In this document: piece by piece, positions 18,557 through 26,138 of the stretch
Layout of the letters: each line of letters opens with the position of its first letter
How positions within the stretch are numbered: position 1 is the stretch's first letter
Assembly (NCBI RefSeq): GCF_019464535.1
Contig: NZ_CP080507.1
Span: 3,420,001 to 3,452,000, forward strand
DNA from: Horticoccus luteus
GTDB taxonomy: Bacteria; Verrucomicrobiota; Verrucomicrobiia; Opitutales; Opitutaceae
Direction: 5' to 3'
Length of the DNA: 32,000 bases
Position numbers and translations under genes: made by a program
Notes under the pieces: model-generated
The model's input: only the letters and a program-made list of their open reading frames with translations
Databases searched by the model: none
Told to the model about the DNA's origin: nothing

Positions 18557-19395
18557 AAATCGGGATGAACCTCCTGCTCTGGACGACGCACGTCACGTCC
18601 GCGCACGATCCGCTCCTCGCCGACCTTCGGCGCACCGGCTACGACGGCGTCGAGATCCCGATCTTCGAGGGCACCTCCGCTGACTATCGCACGCTCGGCG
18701 CCAAACTCCGCGACCTCGGCCTCGGCACCACCGCCGTCACCGTCATGTCGCCCGACGCCAGTCCGATCAGCCCCGACGCAAAAGCACGCGCCGCCGCCGT
18801 CGACCGCCTGCGCTGGGTCCTCGATCGGGCCGCGGAATGCGGCGCCGAAGTCCTCTGCGGCCCGCTGCATTCGCCCCTCGGCGTCTTCAGCGGCGTGCCG
18901 GCCACCGCCGACGAAAACGCCCGCGGCGTCGAAACCCTTCGCACCGTCGCCGACCACGCCGCCGCGCACGGCATCACCCTCGCGATCGAATATCTGAACC
19001 GTTTCGAAAATTATTTTCTCACCACGGCCGCCGACAACCTCCGCCTCGTGGCAGCCGTCAACCATCCCGCCTGCGGCTGCATGTGGGATACCTTCCACGC
19101 GCACATCGAGGAAAAGAATCCCGCCGCCGCCCTCGCGGCCTTGCGCGGACATCTCGTGCACGTGCACCTCAGCGAAAACGACCGCGGCACACCGGGCACC
19201 GGCCAGGTCAACTGGCGCGCCACCTTCGACACGCTGCGCGCGATCGGCTACGATCGCTGGCTCGTGATCGAAGCCTTCGGCCGCGCCCTCCCCGAACTCG
19301 CCGCGGCCACGCGCGTCTGGCGCGACTTGTTCGCCGACCCGCGCGACGTTTACACCGCCGGCCTCGCGTTCATCCGCGAAAACCTGGCGCGTTGA
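18553..19395 (+). CDS. Xylose-isomerase-like TIM-barrel protein of the ketose 3-epimerase (D-tagatose/D-psicose 3-epimerase-like) family
   Basis: Internal start of track ORF 18058..19395. The ATG at 18553 overlaps the upstream TGA (ATGA). 280 aa. Motifs seen: LAIEYLNRFENYFL, WDTFHAHIEE, HVHLSENDRGTPGTGQVNW, IGYDRWLVIEAF, RVWRDL. E146/D179/H205/E240 have the spacing of the Glu-Asp-His-Glu metal ligands of characterised ketose 3-epimerases. Confidence 0.85.
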   Translation: MKIGMNLLLWTTHVTSAHDPLLADLRRTGYDGVEIPIFEGTSADYRTLGAKLRDLGLGTTAVTVMSPDASPISPDAKARAAAVDRLRWVLDRAAECGAEVLCGPLHSPLGVFSGVPATADENARGVETLRTVADHAAAHGITLAIEYLNRFENYFLTTAADNLRLVAAVNHPACGCMWDTFHAHIEEKNPAAALAALRGHLVHVHLSENDRGTPGTGQVNWRATFDTLRAIGYDRWLVIEAFGRALPELAAATRVWRDLFADPRDVYTAGLAFIRENLAR

Positions 19396-19423
19396 CTCCC
19401 TCGGCGCAGCCGCGCGGCGCGCG

Positions 19424-21007
19424 TCACGGCACCGCGTAAACTTCCATCAACGCCTCGCCCGTCGTCAGCCCCACGCCCGAAACCTGCACCGTGTAGGCTT
19501 TGCCGGCGGGCAGCGTCACGAGGAGCGCCGCATCCTTGCTGCCGGGCGTCAGCGCAAACGCCCCGACTTGCGTGAACGTCGCCCCCAGCGCGTCGTTCCA
19601 ATTATCATTTTCCGCCACGAGCGTCCCTTGGTCGTCAAACACCGCGAACTGCGGATCCGCCAGCGCGCCCGTCACGCCAAAGTCCCCCAGCTTTGGCCCG
19701 ATGCCGCGAATCAACACCTGCTTCGTGCCCGTGCCGACCACCACGAAACCCGCAATGAGAATATTATTGCCCAAGCCCACGTGATAGCGCGCGGAAATAT
19801 TCGTGAGCCCCGCGCCCGGCCCCGGCGCTTCATCGTAAACCTCCACCAGCATCACTCCGCTGTCGCTCGCCGACGCGTGCGCCGTGTAGGCGCCAGCCAC
19901 CGCATGGCGCAGCGCCGCGTCCTTGCTGCCCGGCGCGAAAGGAAACGCCCCCAACGCCTCGAAAATTGTGCCGTAGTCCGATGGCCAGCCTTGGTTCTCC
20001 GCCACCTGAGTTCCCGCCGCGTCGTAAAGCTTCAGTAGCGGATCACTCACACCCGGCACCCCAAATTTCGCGAGCGCCGGCCCCGCCGCGCGCACCAACA
20101 CCGGCTTGCTCCCGCCGCCCACCACGAACCCCGTGATCACAGGCTGATCCGGCGTCATCGCCGCCCGCACCGAAAGATTCGACAAATAACTGGTCGCCGC
20201 CCCCGCCGCGTCGCCGCGAATCAGAAATCGCAACGAACTGGTGTAGAGCGCCACCGCCGTCGCGCTCCCGTAACCGGTGCCGAAGTCCGCCGCCGAGTTG
20301 AACCCGATCTCCACCTGATACGTTTTCCCTTCGACAAAAGTCCCCGCCGGAAACGTGTGCTCCACCGCGTCGGTGTGCAGGTAGTTGGCGAACGACGGAT
20401 TCGAAAAGCTCTCTTCGCTCACCGCCACGCCTTCGCCATTCACCGTCATCAAAATATGCCCCACCTCGCCCGCCGTCGCGAACGCCGCGAACTGCCCCGA
20501 GTTGATCGTCAACGCCTGCGCCGGGTTCACCGACAACACCCCGTTCGCCCAGCGCCCGCCGCTCACCGTCGCCGCCGGTGCGTTCGGGTAAAGGTCGCCC
20601 TCCAACGCGAAGGTCCGCGTCAGCCCGTTCGCCGTCACAGCATAAGTCCCATCTGGATAAGCCGCATCCAGCGCCGCCTGCGTGGCGAAACCCACCTGCT
20701 TTTTCCACGCGAGCTGAGTCGTGTCGAACGCCAGTGCCGCCGTGCCTCCCGTGCCGCTCGCCGGAATCGTCCACGTCGGCGCCGCGATCCCGCTCAGATC
20801 CGCGCCCTCGACCGACACGTTCAAGCGGAATGGATAACTCTCGTCCGCCGCCGAATAAAGCGCCGCGCCGGGCAACCCCGAATCCGCCATCACGTAATTC
20901 CGCTCCTTTTCGACCCCGACAAAATAAATTTCCGGCGCCGCCCCCGCCCGCTCGACGCCCGCCGCCACCGCGACCGCCAGCGCCGCCATTCCGATGCGTA
21001 AGTTCAT
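19424..21007 (-). CDS. Secreted protein of unknown function with a tandemly duplicated C-terminal domain of about 120 aa
   Basis: Preferred start is internal Met28 of track ORF 19424..21088: MNLRIGMAALAVAVAAGVERAGAAP, which looks like a signal peptide. C-terminal repeats lie at 19832-20185 and 19430-19807. They share L(S/T)N(L/I)S.R...GFVV.G.(S/T)K.VL(V/I)R..GP.L..FGV.G...DP......D..GT.VAEN..W....G..F...GAF...PGSKDAAL.....AG.YT......G..(L/M).EVY. Confidence 0.75.
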   Translation of the reverse strand: MNLRIGMAALAVAVAAGVERAGAAPEIYFVGVEKERNYVMADSGLPGAALYSAADESYPFRLNVSVEGADLSGIAAPTWTIPASGTGGTAALAFDTTQLAWKKQVGFATQAALDAAYPDGTYAVTANGLTRTFALEGDLYPNAPAATVSGGRWANGVLSVNPAQALTINSGQFAAFATAGEVGHILMTVNGEGVAVSEESFSNPSFANYLHTDAVEHTFPAGTFVEGKTYQVEIGFNSAADFGTGYGSATAVALYTSSLRFLIRGDAAGAATSYLSNLSVRAAMTPDQPVITGFVVGGGSKPVLVRAAGPALAKFGVPGVSDPLLKLYDAAGTQVAENQGWPSDYGTIFEALGAFPFAPGSKDAALRHAVAGAYTAHASASDSGVMLVEVYDEAPGPGAGLTNISARYHVGLGNNILIAGFVVVGTGTKQVLIRGIGPKLGDFGVTGALADPQFAVFDDQGTLVAENDNWNDALGATFTQVGAFALTPGSKDAALLVTLPAGKAYTVQVSGVGLTTGEALMEVYAVP

Positions 21008-21156
21008 GTCGCCAAAGAACACCCCGCACCACCGCTCCTTCAATACAAACTTCCCGTTCCGCTCTCCGCCGCCGCACCGTCTCGCCATCGTATATTTCCC
21101 GCGCCCTCGCCGCAGGCGAGAACCGCTCCCCGCAAGCGCTGTCTGCGGAGTGAGTT

Positions 21157-21612
21157 GTGAAAAATCGAAACTCCACCCCCACTCGTGCCCCGCTGTGGAT
21201 CACCTCCGCCGCGGTGGCTTGCCTCGCCTTCACCGCCGGTTGCTCCTCAACCGACTCGCACGTCCTCTCCGCTCCGCCCCCGCCGGAACCGGTCACCACC
21301 ACCACGACCACGCAAACCACGCCGGTCGTCGTGCAACAAACCCCCGTCACCACGACGACCACGATGGCGACGCCCGTGCCCCAGACCGTCATCGTCACGC
21401 AAACCCCGCCACCGCCTCATCAAGAGGTCGTGCTCGCGCGTCCGTCGGCCGATTACGTCTGGGTGCCCGGCTACTACACGTGGCGCGACAACCAATACCA
21501 ATGGGTGAGCGGCCACTGGGAGCTCCCGCCCAACTCCATGTCGAAATGGGTCCCCCCACACTGGGAGCCGGAGGGCAACGGGTATCGGTTCTACGAAGGC
21601 CACTGGAACTAA
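21157..21612 (+). CDS. Lipoprotein with a Thr/Pro-rich linker and C-terminal YXWGXW-type repeats
   Basis: 151 aa with a GTG start. Lipobox-like LAFTAGC. Linker is PPPPEPVTTTTTTQTTPVVVQQTPVTTTTTMATPVPQTVIVTQTPPPP. C-terminal YVWVPGYYTW, YQWVSGHW and YRFYEGHW match the YXWGXW repeat pattern. Confidence 0.75.
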   Translation: MKNRNSTPTRAPLWITSAAVACLAFTAGCSSTDSHVLSAPPPPEPVTTTTTTQTTPVVVQQTPVTTTTTMATPVPQTVIVTQTPPPPHQEVVLARPSADYVWVPGYYTWRDNQYQWVSGHWELPPNSMSKWVPPHWEPEGNGYRFYEGHWN

Positions 21613-21699
21613 GCCGCCATCCCCCCGGGAATCGGCGCTCCGGAAATCGAGCCACAGCGACTCGTTTTCCGCCCACCCGCCTCTGCACCGGACTCTCTC

Positions 21700-21733
21700 A
21701 GCCGCGGCTTTATCGCCGCGGCTTTTTTGTTTC
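21700..21733 (+). terminator. Rho-independent terminator downstream of the lipoprotein gene
   Basis: agccgcggc (21700-21708), loop tttatc, gccgcggct (21715-23), then ttttttgttt. The 9-bp stem is perfect and is followed by a T-tract. Confidence 0.8.
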
Positions 21734-22125
21734 CGACGTTCCGCGCCCGTCTGTGCGCGGTCTCCTTGAAGCCGGCGCGCTCGCGGCGGCAGGCTCGACC
21801 TGCGGTCGGGGAAACCCGCAACATCCTCCTGAGGCAAACGCTGGAATCCCGCTTCCCCTGCAACGCCCGCCCGCCGCCGGGTTCAAGTGTCGCTGGACGA
21901 CAAGACCCCGACCAGACCGAGCGCTCGGCGAATCCGCGAAAATCCTTCTCGCGCCCGCCAGTTGGCTCCCCTTCAGGTCGGTCGTCGCGTCGTCCCTTCT
22001 GCGCCCACTCGCATGCTGCGAATCCACGCTCCGCCTCTCTCCACCAAGAACTTCCCTTTCGACGTTTCACGTCGCCGCCCATCCGTGCACCTGCGCTCAC
22101 CCGCTCCGTCGCCCCGCCTGCCGTC

Positions 22126-23235
22126 ATGACTGCCGCCGCTGACCACCCACCACCCACCGCCCCTGTCTCATCTCCCGACACGCGCCCCGCGCTCACGGTG
22201 ATCATGCCCGCCTATAACGCGGGTCGCTACCTCATCCCTGCCATCGAAAGCGTCTTGAGCCAGACGTGGCGCGACTTCGAGTTCATCATCATCGACGACG
22301 GCTCCACCGATGGCACCCGCGAACGTATTGAAGACTACGCCCTGCGCGACGCCCGCATTCGCGATTATCCCAACGCCAAAAACATCGGCGTCACCCGCTC
22401 CCTCAATCGCGCCATCTCGCTCGCGCGCGCCGACTGGATCGCCCGCATGGACGCCGACGACATTTCGCTGCCCACGCGCTTCGAGAAACAAATGGCCGTC
22501 GTGCGCGCCGATCCTTCCATCGGCCTCGTCACCTCGCCGTTCGACGTCATCGACGCGCAACAGCGCCGCATTCCCGGCTGGCGCGGCATCCGTTTCCAAC
22601 AGGAGATGCTGCCCTTCTTCCTCCTTTTCTACAACCGCCTCAACGCTCACGGCCAGGTGCTCTATTCCACGAGTCTCGTGCGGTCGCTCGGCGGCTATCG
22701 CGAAAAATATCATCTCAGCGAAGCGACTGAACTCTGGCTGCGCATGGTGCGCGCCACCCGCTGGGCCGTCGTGCCCGAGCCGCTCTATCTCTGGCGCGCC
22801 GACAATCCCCACTCGGTCAGCCGGCAGCACGCCTTTCGCTACGCCGACGCCAGCCTGCTCGCCTGCCGCGAAGAAATCGCCCGCGCCTGCAACATCGACG
22901 TCAGCAAAGAGGAGATGATCGCGCTCCGCGATTTCTGGCTGCGCTGCGAAAACAAGGATCGCAACTGGGATGACGTCGAAAACCTCCTCCTGCGCATCGC
23001 CGCGCGCTTTCATCCCCCGCATCCCGTCCCGCACTGGCGCCGCAAGCTCGCCATCGCGCTCGGCTGCGCCTGGTTCGCGCAAACCATCCAGCACGCCAAA
23101 CGCCATCGCACCCGCGAAGCGTTGCGTGATCTCGGTCGCGGCCTGCACGCCGCCGGCGGCTATCTCCCGCTCGCGCTCGCCCAGTTCGTGCGCGAGACCT
23201 TCGCCGTCAAAGCCCAGCTCTCCCGCCGCGCCTGA
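22126..23235 (+). CDS. Family 2 glycosyltransferase
   Basis: Internal ATG of track ORF 21727..23235, whose listed start is a TTG inside the terminator T-tract. LTVIMPAYNAGRYLIPAIESVLSQTWRDFEFIIIDDGSTDGT and ARMDADD are the GT-A/DxD motifs. The C-terminal stretch of about 120 aa has no family I recognise. Confidence 0.88.
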   Translation: MTAAADHPPPTAPVSSPDTRPALTVIMPAYNAGRYLIPAIESVLSQTWRDFEFIIIDDGSTDGTRERIEDYALRDARIRDYPNAKNIGVTRSLNRAISLARADWIARMDADDISLPTRFEKQMAVVRADPSIGLVTSPFDVIDAQQRRIPGWRGIRFQQEMLPFFLLFYNRLNAHGQVLYSTSLVRSLGGYREKYHLSEATELWLRMVRATRWAVVPEPLYLWRADNPHSVSRQHAFRYADASLLACREEIARACNIDVSKEEMIALRDFWLRCENKDRNWDDVENLLLRIAARFHPPHPVPHWRRKLAIALGCAWFAQTIQHAKRHRTREALRDLGRGLHAAGGYLPLALAQFVRETFAVKAQLSRRA

Positions 23236-23401
23236 ACGCCTCGCCCGCGCGCCGCGCCTGGCGAACGTTCGGCGGCCTACCCGCGATCACGCGCCTCGGC
23301 GCCCGCCATCGTTCGCCTGACCCGATCTTCTCGCGCACCCTGAGCCTGCGTTCGCTCGCGCCTCCGATAGTGCCGCCCGCGCCGATGCACTATGCTGTCT
23401 C

Positions 23402-24325
23402 ATGAACGCTGTCATCTTCCGTTCCTTCGGCGGCCCCGACGTGCTCGAATCAGCCCACTTGCCGCGCCCTGAACCTCAAGCCGGTGAAGTGCTCATCCGC
23501 GTCCACGCCGCGAGCGTGAATCCGATCGATTACAAAATCCGTTCCGGTCACTTTCACCGCGCCTCCATCACGTTGCCCGCCGTCCTCGGTCGCGATGTCG
23601 CCGGCACGATCGCCGATGTCGGCGCCGGCATCACCGACCTCGCGCCCGGCGATGAAGTGTATGCATTTCTCGGCTCGCACAGCGGCGGCTACGCCCAATT
23701 CGCCCTCGCTCGCGCCAACGAGGTCGCCCGGAAACCGCGCTCCCTCGATTACATCCAAGCCGCCGCCGTGCCTCTGGCCGCCACCACCGCGTGGCAAGGG
23801 CTCTTCGATCACGGTCGGCTCCAGGCGGGACAACGCGTGCTCATCCACGGTGCCGGCGGCGGTGTGGGACACTTCGCCGTGCAGTTCGCCAAAGCCAAAG
23901 GCGCCACCGTGATCGCCACGGTCTCCCCCGAGGATGTCGATCTCGTGCAAACCCTCGGCGCCGACGAGGTCATCGATTACAAAGCCCAACGCTTCGAAGA
24001 CCGCACCGCCCACATCGACCTCGTTTTCGATCTCATCGGCGGAGATACGCAGACCCGCTCCTGGGCCGTGCTGAAAAACGGCGGCACACTCGTCTCCACC
24101 CTCCAACAACCCTCCGTCGAAGAAGCCCGCAAACATCACGCGCACGTCAGCGTTTTTATGGCCGAACCGCGCCGCGAACAACTCGTCGCGATCGCGAAGC
24201 TCATCGATGCCGGCAAAGTCTGCGTCGCCGTGAGCCACACCCACTCGCTCTTCGACGCTCGCGAGGCTCACGACGAACTCGAACACGAACATTCCACCGG
24301 CAAACTCGTCCTGACCGTCGCCTGA
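23402..24325 (+). CDS. NADPH:quinone-reductase-like MDR-superfamily oxidoreductase
   Basis: 307 aa. Motifs seen: GEVLIRVHAASVNPIDYKIRSG, VLIHGAGGGVGHFAVQFAKAKGA, GKLVLTV. Confidence 0.9.
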   Translation: MNAVIFRSFGGPDVLESAHLPRPEPQAGEVLIRVHAASVNPIDYKIRSGHFHRASITLPAVLGRDVAGTIADVGAGITDLAPGDEVYAFLGSHSGGYAQFALARANEVARKPRSLDYIQAAAVPLAATTAWQGLFDHGRLQAGQRVLIHGAGGGVGHFAVQFAKAKGATVIATVSPEDVDLVQTLGADEVIDYKAQRFEDRTAHIDLVFDLIGGDTQTRSWAVLKNGGTLVSTLQQPSVEEARKHHAHVSVFMAEPRREQLVAIAKLIDAGKVCVAVSHTHSLFDAREAHDELEHEHSTGKLVLTVA

Positions 24326-24415
24326 AATTTTTCTGCCGCCACGGCCCCTGCCGCTCGCGCCGCGCCCGCTGCCGGCTCGCGCTCCCAACTCGCCGCATCA
24401 GCCGCGAGCAACCCG

Positions 24416-24688
24416 TCAGTTGTCCTCCAACTTGACGTCGTGCTTCTGCAAAAACGGCACCAGTTCCTCCACGCCAAAATCCGCCAGCACGTCGCCGTGC
24501 CAGTCCAGCGTCGGCGCCTTCGTCTGGCCGGACTTGCGCCGCAGCTCGTCAAACGCGCCTTGGTCCGCCGACACGTCCACCTCACGGTAGCTCACGCCGT
24601 GCTCGTCCAGAAACGACACCGCTTCGTGGCACCAAGGACAGCCCGCCTTCACGTAGAGAATAGGGTAATCGGCACTCATCGCCCTCAT
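24416..24688 (-). CDS. Glutaredoxin-like small thiol-disulfide oxidoreductase
   Basis: MRAMSADYPILYVKAGCPWCHEAVSFLDEHGVSYREVDV has the CPxC motif in a Grx/NrdH-like context. The start is taken at internal Met30 of track ORF 24416..24775 (Met33 at 24679 is also possible). The upstream 29 codons are Gly/Arg-rich. Confidence 0.8.
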   Translation of the reverse strand: MRAMSADYPILYVKAGCPWCHEAVSFLDEHGVSYREVDVSADQGAFDELRRKSGQTKAPTLDWHGDVLADFGVEELVPFLQKHDVKLEDN

Positions 24689-24771
24689 CGTGCCGCCGCC
24701 TCGCGCGTTGTTCCCGCCGCGTCCGCGCTCGCCACCCGTGATCACACCCCGCGGTCGCCGCGGTCCCGCCT

Positions 24772-25464
24772 TCACTCGTCTGCCGCGATCGCCGCCGTCA
24801 GTCGTTGATAAGCCGCCACCGCCTTCCCTTGCTTCAACTCCTTCAACGCGCGCTTCACCTCCGCGCTCAACCGCGCAAGTTGCCTTCCCGCGTCCGCGCC
24901 CGCGGTCGATTTGCCCGCCGCCCGCTTCGCCATCTTCGCTCGCACCTTTTCCGTCCGTCGCGGCGCACTTGGCGTTGCCTCGCTCTTCGCCGCGGGTGGC
25001 GGCTCAAAGTCCACCACCGTTCCCTTTACCTTTTCTTTCACGCTCGGCCGCGCGCGGGCCGTCCGCGCGGGCTTCGCCCCATCCTCCGCCTCATCGTCCA
25101 CGATCGCGAGATGCAGCTTCGGCGGCGGCGCCTTCCGCCGCGGCTCCGGCGGCCGAAACGACTCCCCTCCCGCCGGCTCCTGCAACAGGTCGTATTTGAT
25201 CCCCACGACGCGCCGGCCCGCAAACGCCTTCAGCGAACGCGGAAACACCAGAAATTGCGCCCTCGGCCCCGACTCGTAGCCCACCACCCCATGCTCCGTG
25301 TGCGCCCCGCCCGCCGCGGTCAGCACCGTCATCACGCGGTCGCTTTTCAACGCCTTTTGAAACGCCGCATCCTTCGCGGGCGCCAGCCACAACGAATGCA
25401 ATTCCGGCGCTCCGCTTCGCGCCACCACCTGGCTGAACCGCACGCTCTTCGTTTTCTTTTCCAT
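24772..25464 (-). CDS. Hypothetical protein: globular N-terminal domain of about 100 aa plus a Lys/Arg/Ala/Pro-rich tail and a terminal helix
   Basis: 230 aa. The N-terminus MEKKTKSVRFSQVVARSGAPELHSLWLAPAKDAAFQKALKSDRVMTVL...FLVFPRSLKAFAGRRVVGIKYDLL has protein-like composition. The tail is PEPRRKAPPPK...KPARTARARPSVKEKVKG...RRTEKVRAKMAKRAAGK. No family recognised. Confidence 0.6.
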   Translation of the reverse strand: MEKKTKSVRFSQVVARSGAPELHSLWLAPAKDAAFQKALKSDRVMTVLTAAGGAHTEHGVVGYESGPRAQFLVFPRSLKAFAGRRVVGIKYDLLQEPAGGESFRPPEPRRKAPPPKLHLAIVDDEAEDGAKPARTARARPSVKEKVKGTVVDFEPPPAAKSEATPSAPRRTEKVRAKMAKRAAGKSTAGADAGRQLARLSAEVKRALKELKQGKAVAAYQRLTAAIAADE

Positions 25465-25547
25465 ACCTGGCGCTTGGTCCCCGGCGCTGCCGGCAGGTTC
25501 GCGTCACCGCGCCACGCCGCCGCCGATCCTTTCCCGCGCTCGGCCGC

Positions 25548-26087
25548 TCAGGGCAACGCCAGCCCGTAACGCGTTGGATTAAACCCCCGCGCCTTCAACG
25601 CCGCCGCCAGCGCTCCCGTGTCGAGCTTCGCGCCCGGCTTCACCTGATGTTGCGCATACCAGCCCTCCTTCATCTCGACCGCGAACCGCAACGACTGGCT
25701 GTAAGAACTCACGGTCGTCTCGTCGAACGGCTTCATCGTAAACACCTCCCGCAACTCCCCGCTGCCATCGAAAAATCCGATGTCCAGCGCCGTCGGCGTG
25801 TCGTGCATCCAGAAGCTCATCCGCTGCGGTTTTTCGTAGATGAAAATCATCCCGTCGTCCGGCCCGAGATCCGTGCGCCCCATGAGGCCGCGCTGCATTT
25901 CCGTCATGTAAACGGCCACCTGCAAATGCGTCGGCACATCGCCAATCTTGATCGTGAAATGATCCGCCACGGTCTTCGGCGCGGCCGGCGGCGCGTCGTC
26001 TTTGCAGCCCGCCGCTGTCATCATCGCCACGGCGCCCAGCACCGCCAGCGCCCGCGCGACCCATGAAACCGGATTTGCGTTTTTCAT
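25548..26087 (-). CDS. DUF192-family lipoprotein
   Basis: 179 aa. Signal plus lipobox AMMTAAGC. QRGLMGRTDLGPDDGMIFIY...FWMHDTPTALDIGFFDGSG matches the DUF192 (COG1430) core pattern. Confidence 0.8.
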   Translation of the reverse strand: MKNANPVSWVARALAVLGAVAMMTAAGCKDDAPPAAPKTVADHFTIKIGDVPTHLQVAVYMTEMQRGLMGRTDLGPDDGMIFIYEKPQRMSFWMHDTPTALDIGFFDGSGELREVFTMKPFDETTVSSYSQSLRFAVEMKEGWYAQHQVKPGAKLDTGALAAALKARGFNPTRYGLALP

Positions 26088-26138
26088 CGCGCCCGTCGCT
26101 AATCCCGCGCCTCGCGCAACTCAACTCCCGAACGCACC

